A stretch of 34,973 nucleotides of DNA from Leptospirales bacterium. GTDB lineage: Bacteria; Spirochaetota; Leptospiria; Leptospirales; Leptonemataceae. The translations under genes and the position numbers were made by a program. The notes beneath the pieces are model-generated. The model saw only the letters and a program-made list of their open reading frames with translations. It was not told the origin of the DNA and made no database searches. The stretch covers positions 1 through 34,973 of the forward strand of contig JABAAI010000001.1 of NCBI GenBank assembly GCA_014238825.1, given 5' to 3'. Numbering within the stretch: position 1 is the stretch's first letter; every line of letters begins with the position of its first letter. Of the stretch, positions 1-8,171 are shown piece after piece.

Positions 1-433
1 ACTCTGCTTCTTTTGTTTGACCTAATGCTGTAATGCGACTTTTAATTTCGTCTGTTATATGTGGAACTACTTGGACCGTACGACCAAGGTAGCTCCCACT
101 TCGCTCGCGCCGGATGACTGTATCATATATTTGACCAGTACTTATAGAGTTCTCTCTGGAGAGCTTAACATTATTGGTAAAACGCTCATAATAGCCTAAG
201 TCCAAATCTGTTTCGGCACCATCATCAGTTACATAGACCTCGCCATGTTGGAATGGGCTCATTGTACCTGGGTCTATGTTAATATAGGGGTCTATTTTTT
301 GTAAGGTGATTTTGTAAGCTCGGCTTTCTAGTAAACAACCCAAGGCTGCTGTGGTAACTCCCTTACCAAGAGAAGAGCATACGCCACCAGTAATAAAAAT
401 ATATTTTGCTTTAGGCCTCACAAGGGTTCTCAT
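1..433 (-). CDS. pyrG: CTP synthase, N-terminal 144 codons (gene runs off the left edge)
   Basis: Not in the supplied ORF track. My reverse-strand translation from the ATG at 433-431 gives [85 protein letters not shown].... This matches the canonical PyrG N-terminus ([42 protein letters not shown]). No stop occurs down to position 1. The ATG overlaps the TGA of the upstream gene (ATGA at 430-433). Confidence 0.9.
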   Translation of the reverse strand, partial: MRTLVRPKAKYIFITGGVCSSLGKGVTTAALGCLLESRAYKITLQKIDPYINIDPGTMSPFQHGEVYVTDDGAETDLDLGYYERFTNNVKLSRENSISTGQIYDTVIRRERSGSYLGRTVQVVPHITDEIKSRITALGQTKEAE

Positions 434-1809
434 AAGGGTCTATGTAACTCAAAAGGCATTTTAAAAGCCTTTTGAAAGGAGCGGTAACTAGGCTTATAAA
501 ACTCGGGATCAAAGCTGGCTTTAGCTAAATGTTTGACTACATATTCTAGACTCTTTTTTTTCTCAATCCACTCAGTGCAAACATTTTGTCTATAGCGTGT
601 TCCCAAAAAGTTCATCCCAGTAATAATCCTTTCTGGACTGCTCGCATTCCAAAGCAAGCGGATCAATTTTTTAGCTTTTTTATCCTGCCAGATAAAGGTC
701 TCTCCTGCTTTTATTTTGGGAGTTACTTGGCCGTATGTTTGATATTCTATCGTAAAAAATTTTGCTGAATTAAAATGAGTCCCTCTATTGTAAGGCTCAG
801 CTGAGATAGAATTAGCTTGTTCATTTTTATTTTCTGCTTCGTATGCTCGCTTTGCAATAAAGCGAGCAGCAACAGAACCATGAGTACGCCCTGTGTACCA
901 CAGTTGTTCAACAGGGCCAGGGCTTGCATCGGCGTTGCGTAATTGAGCACAATCACCAGCAGCAAAAATATATTTGTTAGTTGTTTGCATGTGAGAATCA
1001 ACTAGTATCCCTCGTTGGGTTTCAAGCTGAGTTTCAATGGTACTATTTTTGATAAGTTCAATTCTTGGGCTAACACCTGCTGTAAGGCCGACTAACTGGC
1101 ACTCTATTTTTTCATCGCGACTTGTAATTACTCCAGTTGCTCGACCATCTTTGTCAGCTAAAATTTCCTTTAGCTCTGTTTCAAGCCGTAAATCCAAGTG
1201 ATGCTCCCGAATTTCTTCGTTAATCATTTGTGATTCTTCAAGAGGGAGCACATTGTTCCAGTAGTTTTTTTCTCTAACAAGCATAGTCGTTTTAATTCCT
1301 CGTACGTGTAGCATCTCTGCTAATTCAATTCCAATCAGCCCACCTCCTACTATTACAGCATGATTTACCTTGTGCTTGCTGGTATTTTTTTCAAGTAATT
1401 CTAAATCTTGGAGACTATAGAGACCTTGCACACCATCTGAGTCTTGACCGGGCCAGCCAAATTTGTTATATTTAGCACCACTTGCTAATAAAAGGAAATC
1501 GTACTCAATTTTAGCTTGCTTTCTTAGTTTTAGTTCCTTAGCCTCGATGTGGATCTCATCTACATGATCCTTGATTAATTCCAAACGATTTTTTTTAGCG
1601 AAAAAACTTTTTGGATAGGCTTGGGTATCTTTAAGAGACATGTGACCCATGTAGATATACATAAGAGCGGTGCGAGAAAAGAAAAGATCAGACTCTGATG
1701 AAATGATTCGAATGCGTATTTTGGGATGCAACTGGCGTAATTTGCGTGCTGCCGTAATACCAGCGATGCCATTTCCGATAATCACTAAGCCATTTTTATC
1801 TAAATTCAT
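430..1809 (-). CDS. NAD(P)/FAD-dependent pyridine nucleotide-disulfide oxidoreductase family protein
   Basis: 459-aa ORF. It has an N-terminal FAD Rossmann motif ([13 protein letters not shown]), a second dinucleotide fold ([16 protein letters not shown]) and a C-terminal FAD motif (IFAAGDCA). About 120 aa of extra C-terminal sequence has no motif I recognise. It is translationally coupled to pyrG through a 4-nt ATGA overlap. Confidence 0.8.
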   Translation of the reverse strand: MNLDKNGLVIIGNGIAGITAARKLRQLHPKIRIRIISSESDLFFSRTALMYIYMGHMSLKDTQAYPKSFFAKKNRLELIKDHVDEIHIEAKELKLRKQAKIEYDFLLLASGAKYNKFGWPGQDSDGVQGLYSLQDLELLEKNTSKHKVNHAVIVGGGLIGIELAEMLHVRGIKTTMLVREKNYWNNVLPLEESQMINEEIREHHLDLRLETELKEILADKDGRATGVITSRDEKIECQLVGLTAGVSPRIELIKNSTIETQLETQRGILVDSHMQTTNKYIFAAGDCAQLRNADASPGPVEQLWYTGRTHGSVAARFIAKRAYEAENKNEQANSISAEPYNRGTHFNSAKFFTIEYQTYGQVTPKIKAGETFIWQDKKAKKLIRLLWNASSPERIITGMNFLGTRYRQNVCTEWIEKKKSLEYVVKHLAKASFDPEFYKPSYRSFQKAFKMPFELHRPL

Positions 1810-1902
1810 TGTTCAATCGCTACTATCCGTTTCATCTTTATATTGTTCAGATACAAGACTTCATAAAAAACACTTGCTGTCAAGAATTTATTGAGAATTA
1901 AG

Positions 1903-2517
1903 CTACCGAAAATATTGCTGATAAATAAAATTTGTTAGCTCTTCTAGAGAATTTTCTTGTTTCATATCAATTATAGTATCTGCTACTTTTTCATAATGTA
2001 TAAAGCGTTCTTTAAGTAGTTTAGAATAATCAGTTTTGAAGAAGGGGGGGCGATTATAAGTTTTAAGTTGTGTACTAAAATCCTCATTAAATTTTATTAA
2101 GTAATTCTCAGGGCAACGCAAATATATTAGATGGCAATGTCGCTTGAGAAGCTTTGCCTTAGCTTCGGAATATATTTCGGAGTATGCTTTGAGATATTTT
2201 TTGTTAGACGGAGTTGATTTTTGCTCAGGTTTATTTTTTTTAATATCAACTAGGATGCCTCCTCCGCAATCAATGATTATATTTCTGATTTTAGCTAGTT
2301 TCAGTAGTATTTTGTACTCTAATTTGCGGAAGTTTTCCCAACCTTCTTGTTCTATAATTTCAGTAATGCTAAGACCATCATTTTCATATGAGCTTAGCAT
2401 ATCGGTGCTCATGACAGGGCATAGCGAAAGTTTTGATAATTGCTTTGAAATTTCAGATTTCCCAGATCCACGTGCACCGATAAGTGCAATATTTTTTTTC
2501 CCTTTACAAATTTTCAT
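1903..2517 (-). CDS. aroK: Shikimate kinase-like P-loop kinase with an internal insertion
   Basis: 204 aa. It has a Walker A (IALIGARGSGKS), STD (compare DSD), FRKLE (compare FRDRE), DCGGG (compare ATGGG), NRPPF (lid RP) and a C-terminal RFIHYEKVAD (compare RNPLYEEIAD). A roughly 25-30 aa Lys-rich insertion follows the GGG motif. It is about 30 aa longer than typical AroK. Confidence 0.55.
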   Translation of the reverse strand: MKICKGKKNIALIGARGSGKSEISKQLSKLSLCPVMSTDMLSSYENDGLSITEIIEQEGWENFRKLEYKILLKLAKIRNIIIDCGGGILVDIKKNKPEQKSTPSNKKYLKAYSEIYSEAKAKLLKRHCHLIYLRCPENYLIKFNEDFSTQLKTYNRPPFFKTDYSKLLKERFIHYEKVADTIIDMKQENSLEELTNFIYQQYFR

Positions 2518-2614
2518 AGTTAATAAAAGCTAACCTATCTAACGTGGTTATTGAGTGTAAAGGAATATAATAATAAAAATAGCGTTGTTCAAACTAAGTG
2601 GATTATAAAATATA

Positions 2615-3889
2615 ATGACAGCACAAAAGCCATTCATACTTGGAGGGATTCAGACAGATTTCTCACGTAACTGGACTAAGGAGGGGAAGACATTCCTCTC
2701 GATGATGAGAGAAGTTACAGAAGACGGCTTGGAGTCTACAGGCATAGGATACGAAGAAATTAAACGTCTTAATAAAGAAAACCGGGTAGCGGTCTTTGTT
2801 GGTAACTTTGATGCCGAGCAATATGCGAATCAAGGTCATTTGGGAGCATTTCTAACAGAGCTTCATCCTGCTTTTTATGGAGTTCCGGGTGCACGCTATG
2901 AAGCCGCTTGTGCTTCTGGTTCAGTTGCTCTAAATTCTGCGCGGGCACATATCGAAGCTGGAGACTATGACTTAGCCATTGTTTTGGGTATGGAAATCAT
3001 GAAAACGGTAAATGCTAGTGTTGGTGGTGATTTTCTGGGAACAGCTGCCTATTATGAAAAAGAAGCCAAAGGGGTTTCATTTCCCTTTCCTAAGCTCTTC
3101 GGTAAATTAGCTGACTTGATAATACAGCGAAGTCCCAAGTTAGGTGAAAATCGTATAATGCAAAACTTAGCTGAGATTTCGCGTATCAATTATGCTAATG
3201 CAAAACTAAATACTAAAGCCCAGACCCGTAATTGGTTTATGGATTCATCTCATGCTAATCAAAGAGATTCTAGCTATAATGCTTCTGTGGGTGGTAGACT
3301 CTGTATTAGTGATTGTTCTCAAGTTACCGATGGTGCCTCGTTGATAGTTTTGGCAAGCCCTGCTTATGCTAAAGAATTTGCTAGTAAGACAAATCGTTCT
3401 ATGGACAGCTTTGCTCTAATTAAAGGTTGGGGACATCGCGTTGCGCCACTACAATTTTATAAAAAGGCCGAGGAAGCAGAAGGACAAGATTATATTTTGC
3501 CGTGGACTCGCCAAGCAGTCGTTGATGCTTATTCCCGTTCAGGATTAGATGTCAAGAATATGGATGTCATTGAAACTCATGATTGCTTTACTTCGAGTGA
3601 GTATGCCGCTATATCTGCTTTTGGTTTGACAGGGCCGGGTGAGGAATATAAAGCCATTGAAGATGCTAAGATTGAAATTGGTGGGGAAACCCCTATTAAT
3701 CCATCGGGAGGGCTGATAGGAGCAGGGCATCCTGTCGGTGCCTCTGGTGTTAGAATGGTTTATGATATTTATAAGCAAGTTACTCAACAAGCTGATGAAT
3801 ATCAGATAGATGGTGCCAAAAACGGGATTAGTATGAATATAGGTGGTAGTGCGACAACTACGATGACTTTCGTAATTGGTCAGCCATGA
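2615..3889 (+). CDS. Thiolase-family protein (SCP-x / acetyl-CoA acetyltransferase-like)
   Basis: 424 aa. It has the active-site Cys context YEAACASGS and C-terminal thiolase motifs ([27 protein letters not shown]). Confidence 0.8.
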   Translation: MTAQKPFILGGIQTDFSRNWTKEGKTFLSMMREVTEDGLESTGIGYEEIKRLNKENRVAVFVGNFDAEQYANQGHLGAFLTELHPAFYGVPGARYEAACASGSVALNSARAHIEAGDYDLAIVLGMEIMKTVNASVGGDFLGTAAYYEKEAKGVSFPFPKLFGKLADLIIQRSPKLGENRIMQNLAEISRINYANAKLNTKAQTRNWFMDSSHANQRDSSYNASVGGRLCISDCSQVTDGASLIVLASPAYAKEFASKTNRSMDSFALIKGWGHRVAPLQFYKKAEEAEGQDYILPWTRQAVVDAYSRSGLDVKNMDVIETHDCFTSSEYAAISAFGLTGPGEEYKAIEDAKIEIGGETPINPSGGLIGAGHPVGASGVRMVYDIYKQVTQQADEYQIDGAKNGISMNIGGSATTTMTFVIGQP

Positions 3890-3981
3890 TTTTGCTTTAA
3901 TTATGGCTTAGGATTGTTACAAATTATTTAAATAAATAATAAAGCTAAAATATGGAAAGAGCAGAATATTATTAAAGTAGT

Positions 3982-5049
3982 ATGTCTCAAGATATTGATT
4001 CAGCTGCTATTATCAAGGAATTAGAAAAAGAGAACCGGGACTTGCTTGAGGTTCTTGATCTTAATACTTCTCTTTCCAGTTCAATTCATTTGGAAACAAT
4101 ATTGGATTCTCTAATAGAAAAAGCAAAACTTATTTGCGAGGCCGAAGCAGGAAGTTTAATGCTTTTTGATGAAGTAAATCAGGTTCTATATTTTCATACA
4201 ATTAAGCTGGATAAAAATAGTGAAAGTTTAAAGGATGTTCGCCTTAAGCTCGGTGATGGTATTGCTGGGTGGGCTGCTAAAACAAAAGAATCAGTTCTTA
4301 TTGAAGACTGCCTAAATGATAGTCGTTTTTATAGGGGAGCAGATAAATTGTCCAAGTTTAAGACTCGGACTATGATGTGTGCCCCACTCATCGCAAGATC
4401 TAATGTTTTGGGGACTATCCAAATTATAAATCATAAAAGAAATAAAACTTTCAGCAAAAAAAATTTGTATATTCTAGATATATTAGCGACTCAGGCAGCT
4501 ATTGCTGTTTATAATGCCAAGCTTCACAAAATGGCGACCGTTGATTCACTAACGGGTCTGTATATGAAGCATTATTTACTAAGTAACATGAAACAGGAAT
4601 ACAAAAAAGCCAAGCATAATAATACAGCCTTAAGTTTGTTCATGTCTGATATTGATTTATTTAAAAAAGTAAATGATGAGCATGGGCATCAAGGAGGTGA
4701 CGCGGCTTTGGTTGAATTGGCTCGAATAATGCGTGACATTGTTCATTCTAAAGAAAATCAAGATATGGCGGGGCGCTATGGAGGAGAAGAGTTTGCAGTG
4801 CTTTTACCGGGTAAAGATGAGAATGAAGCCCTAAACTTAGCAGAGCAAATCAGGGAAAAAATTGAAAGTACTCCAATTATAATAGGCGATAAAAAGGTGA
4901 ATATTACCATATCTATTGGAGTTTCCAGTTATCCCTTGCATGATAATTTGATTGAAAAAGCAGAAGACTTTGTAAAATTATCAGATAATGCCTTGTATCA
5001 ATGCAAGGCAAATGGAAGAAATTGTGTAACTATCTATAAAAATACTTGA
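3982..5049 (+). CDS. GAF domain-containing diguanylate cyclase (GGDEF)
   Basis: 355 aa. The N-terminal roughly 170 aa is GAF-like (GSLMLFDE...GIAGWAA...PLIARSNVLGTIQIIN). The C-terminal GGDEF domain has DSLTGLY, an intact GRYGGEEF active site and CKANGRN. The RxxD I-site position reads ENQD, so the I-site Arg is absent. Confidence 0.85.
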   Translation: MSQDIDSAAIIKELEKENRDLLEVLDLNTSLSSSIHLETILDSLIEKAKLICEAEAGSLMLFDEVNQVLYFHTIKLDKNSESLKDVRLKLGDGIAGWAAKTKESVLIEDCLNDSRFYRGADKLSKFKTRTMMCAPLIARSNVLGTIQIINHKRNKTFSKKNLYILDILATQAAIAVYNAKLHKMATVDSLTGLYMKHYLLSNMKQEYKKAKHNNTALSLFMSDIDLFKKVNDEHGHQGGDAALVELARIMRDIVHSKENQDMAGRYGGEEFAVLLPGKDENEALNLAEQIREKIESTPIIIGDKKVNITISIGVSSYPLHDNLIEKAEDFVKLSDNALYQCKANGRNCVTIYKNT

Positions 5050-5082
5050 CACTGAATCGTTTAATAATTCAATAATATAATT

Positions 5083-7671
5083 ATGGCAAGTAGATTAGCT
5101 AATGCATATAATTTCAGCCAAAAAGGTTGTGTTTTAGATAAAAGTGTTTGGGAGGCTTGTGGTAAAAGAGGACAGCTTGCTTTTGAGTTGGCTTCGTTGA
5201 AGCTTCCGGTGGTCCCTGGATTTGTAATCGATTCTAAAACATGTATAAATATAGATAAGATCGATCTAAGCTCATTGCTTAAAACTGGGCTTAGTGAAGT
5301 TGAAGCAGTGATAGGTCGCAAATTTGGCGATGAGAAAGATCCCTTGCTACTAAAAATCATTTTTAGCCCAAACCTTACTTTAGCAATTTATCCTACAGTT
5401 TTTAACATAGGTCTAAATCCGGAGACTATTGAGGGATTTGGTAAAATATTAGGGGATATAAAGAAGGCGTGGTTTGAGTATTGTTATTTGCTTCGTACTG
5501 TTGGCACTGTTCTTTATGATATACCTGTAGAGAAATTTGATAAAATAGAAGCGGCTACGAAGGGCAAAGAAGAGTTACGTTCGCAAAAGATGCGAGAACT
5601 AATCGGTGAAGACAAAGTCCCTTATTCTCCTCATAAGTTATTAGAGATAATTATAAGGCTTGCTGCGAAACGTTATTACGAACCTGATTTAGATGAGAGT
5701 GATAATATTGCAATTATGATCCAAGGGATAGTTTTTGGAAACTTAAGCGATGCTGATTGCGTTGGGGTCTATCATACTCGCGATATTGTGACGGGTGACT
5801 CTAAGCTAAATGGTTATTACCAAAAAAATTCTTATACTCTCGAAAAAAAGGAAAATAAAATTGAGACTATCGCTCCTAACTATTTGAAAAAATTACAGGA
5901 AATAGCTGAATTATTAGAGAACCGTTTTCATGAATTACGTCAGATTAAGTTCATAGTAGAAAAGGGAAAACTCTGGATTATCAGCCAAAATCCAGAAGAT
6001 AAAAAATCTACTCAGGCTCACATTCGAACATTGCTTGATCTTCTAGCAAATAAATCAGTCAAAGAAGAATGGTTGGTACAACAAATCCTGCCGACTCAGT
6101 TACTCTCCTTGCTCCATCCTGTTGTCAGAGAAGATTCAGTGGAAGGTATAGCTCACGTTAGCGGTGGTCTAACTGGTTCTCCAGGGGCTGCTGTCGGGAA
6201 AGTTTATTTTTCTGCTGATGCCCTTATGTCAGCTCATCACCTTGCAGTACAAAACGGCATAGATAGTCGTATGATACTTTGTGTTAGCTCTTCCTATGCC
6301 GAGGATGTGAAGGCCATTGAGGTTGGGCAAGGTGTTATTGCTATTGAAGGTGGATATTCATCTCATGCTCCCGTAGTGGCGCGCTCCATAGGCAAGGTAG
6401 CTATTATAAACTCAGAGATTAGAATATCTGGGAAATCATTTAGTCTGGATGGTGTCACTGTTAATGAAGGCGACTACGTTACTATAGATGCCCCAACTTA
6501 CAAGTCACCTTCTATATACCTAGGTCAGGGAGATCTCATAAGTCCTGATCCAGATAAAAATGGTCTTGTAGATTTTATCAAAATAGTTCGTAAGTATATC
6601 AAGCCAGAATTTGTAGTCCGTGCTAATGCTGACTTGGGTCGCGATGCTAAGGTAGCTAAGAAGATGGGTGCCTTTGGTATCGGTTTGTGTCGCACAGAAC
6701 ATATGTTCTTTGCGGATGATAGGATTATGCGTTTTCGAGAAATGATTTTCTCGAGCACGGTTGAAGAACGTATAAAATGTTTGCAAGATTTACATGCTAC
6801 CCAAAGAAGTGACTTTCAGGATTTGTTTGAAACGATGGCACCATATCCGGTGACTATTCGCCTTTTAGATGCTCCCTTACATGAATTCCTACCAAACCGT
6901 AATGAAAGTTTCGAGGAATATTGCAAATATCTTGTGGCTAAAGGTATTCGTCCTGACAAGAAGGAGTTACGTAGCCGGATTGAGGGTCTAGGCGAGTTTA
7001 ATCCTATGCTAGGGCATCGTGGATGTCGTGTTGCGGTTACTTATCCTGAAATATATCACATGCAAGTTAGGGCTATTATCGAAGCTGCAATTAATCTTGG
7101 TAAAAAGGGACTGAAAGTAGAGCCAGAGATTATGGTTCCCTTGATTATGAACCCTGCTGAGTTAAGCATGATTCGTAATGGTAAAAAGATCGAAGGTCAG
7201 AGCATCAAAGGGATAGTAGAGATTATTGATGATGTCTTTAAAAAAGAAAATGCAAAGGTGAAGTATAAAGTAGGTACCATGATAGAATTACCAGCAGCCA
7301 GCCTCCTTTCCGGTGATATTGCTCGCTATGCAGATTTCTTTAGTTATGGAACAAATGATTTGACTCAAACAACAAATGGCCTTTCTAGAGATGATATAAA
7401 CTCCTTCTTTCCTGATTATAGTGCCTATGACTTATTGGGAACTAATCCATTTCAAATTTTGGGAGAACCCGTAAAGGAATTAATTGAAATCAGTTCTTCG
7501 CGCGGACGCTTGACTCGCCCTGATATTAAACTGGGACTGTGTGGAGAACATGGGGCTGATCCAGCCAATATTAAATTTTGTAAAGACATTGGATTGCAAT
7601 ACGTCTCTTGTTCATCTTATAGCATACCGATTGCTATGCTATCTATAGCACAAGAAAATTTAAAGGACTAG
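5083..7671 (+). CDS. ppdK: Pyruvate, phosphate dikinase
   Basis: 862 aa. It has the phosphohistidine motif GGYSSHAPVVARSIG and the PEP-utilising TIM-barrel motifs GLCRTEHMFF, SYGTNDLTQ and LCGEHGADP. The length is typical of PPDK. The N-terminal ATP-grasp region is divergent (CGKRGQLAFE where GGKGANLAEM is usual). Confidence 0.9.
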   Translation: MASRLANAYNFSQKGCVLDKSVWEACGKRGQLAFELASLKLPVVPGFVIDSKTCINIDKIDLSSLLKTGLSEVEAVIGRKFGDEKDPLLLKIIFSPNLTLAIYPTVFNIGLNPETIEGFGKILGDIKKAWFEYCYLLRTVGTVLYDIPVEKFDKIEAATKGKEELRSQKMRELIGEDKVPYSPHKLLEIIIRLAAKRYYEPDLDESDNIAIMIQGIVFGNLSDADCVGVYHTRDIVTGDSKLNGYYQKNSYTLEKKENKIETIAPNYLKKLQEIAELLENRFHELRQIKFIVEKGKLWIISQNPEDKKSTQAHIRTLLDLLANKSVKEEWLVQQILPTQLLSLLHPVVREDSVEGIAHVSGGLTGSPGAAVGKVYFSADALMSAHHLAVQNGIDSRMILCVSSSYAEDVKAIEVGQGVIAIEGGYSSHAPVVARSIGKVAIINSEIRISGKSFSLDGVTVNEGDYVTIDAPTYKSPSIYLGQGDLISPDPDKNGLVDFIKIVRKYIKPEFVVRANADLGRDAKVAKKMGAFGIGLCRTEHMFFADDRIMRFREMIFSSTVEERIKCLQDLHATQRSDFQDLFETMAPYPVTIRLLDAPLHEFLPNRNESFEEYCKYLVAKGIRPDKKELRSRIEGLGEFNPMLGHRGCRVAVTYPEIYHMQVRAIIEAAINLGKKGLKVEPEIMVPLIMNPAELSMIRNGKKIEGQSIKGIVEIIDDVFKKENAKVKYKVGTMIELPAASLLSGDIARYADFFSYGTNDLTQTTNGLSRDDINSFFPDYSAYDLLGTNPFQILGEPVKELIEISSSRGRLTRPDIKLGLCGEHGADPANIKFCKDIGLQYVSCSSYSIPIAMLSIAQENLKD

Positions 7672-7685
7672 TATTTTTATTATTT

Positions 7686-7756
7686 GCGGGCGTAGTGTAA
7701 CGGTAGCACAGCAGCCTTCCAAGCTTCTGGAGAGGGTTCGAGACCCTTCGCCCGCT
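7686..7756 (+). tRNA. tRNA-Gly (anticodon TCC)
   Basis: Hand-folded cloverleaf. Acceptor stem is GCGGGCG/CGCCCGC. D stem is GTGT/GCAC with loop AACGGTA. Anticodon stem is GCAGC/GCTTC with one C:U mismatch at 28:42. The loop CTTCCAA gives anticodon TCC. T stem is GAGGG/CCCTT with loop TTCGAGA, and the discriminator is T. CCA is not encoded. It is close to the bacterial tRNA-Gly(UCC) I remember. Confidence 0.85.
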
Positions 7757-7860
7757 TCCCTTTTCTCTTTTCCTTAGATATAAAAGAAAAATATCGAGAA
7801 ATAAAAAAAAACTATACAAGATTAATACTATATTTACACTAGCTCACGTTGAGTTTAAGT

Positions 7861-8127
7861 ATGGTTACGCGGTTAAAAAAGAATCAGGTAATTGATAGTT
7901 ATCGAACACATCCCAGTGATACTGGCTCCACTGAGGTACAGGTAGCCCTTCTAACGGCTAGAATTAAAGAATTAACTAGCCATTTTAGTGTACATTCCAA
8001 AGATCATCATTCGCGTAGAGGGCTTCTGAAAATGGTTGGTAGAAGACGGAGCTTGCTTGATTATTTAAAGAGAACAAGATTAGATGCCTACAAAGATTTA
8101 ATTGAGAAATTGGGCCTTCGTAAGTAA
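7861..8127 (+). CDS. rpsO: 30S ribosomal protein S15
   Basis: Motifs are [38 protein letters not shown] and EKLGLR. The ORF track starts at TTG 7849. I prefer ATG 7861 ([23 protein letters not shown]) because it matches the usual 19-20 residues before DTGS. The end is the same either way. Confidence 0.93.
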   Translation: MVTRLKKNQVIDSYRTHPSDTGSTEVQVALLTARIKELTSHFSVHSKDHHSRRGLLKMVGRRRSLLDYLKRTRLDAYKDLIEKLGLRK

Positions 8128-8171
8128 TTATATAAAATTAAATATCATTCTTGAATGATAATGGAGATACT

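Noticed and set aside
2144-2533. 129-aa ORF antisense to the aroK-like gene. Similar antisense ORFs lie in pnp (9650-10018), the mutase (19649-20032), ilvD (22065-22328) and rsmI (18636-18848).
   Set aside because: Each is fully embedded opposite a gene with clear family motifs, and none has recognisable motifs of its own.
2518-2614. Possible leaderless mRNAs. A TATAAA lies 7 nt before the thiolase ATG (2615), and a TATAAT lies 15 nt before the pgk-like ATG (23214) with no SD.
   Set aside because: AT-rich spacers contain many -10-like hexamers, and no -35 partner is convincing. This cannot be supported without transcription start-site data.
7686-7848. tRNA-Gly as an integration hotspot for a genomic island.
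   Set aside because: No integrase, no direct repeat of the tRNA 3' end and no accessory genes follow. The next genes are the conserved rpsO-pnp pair.
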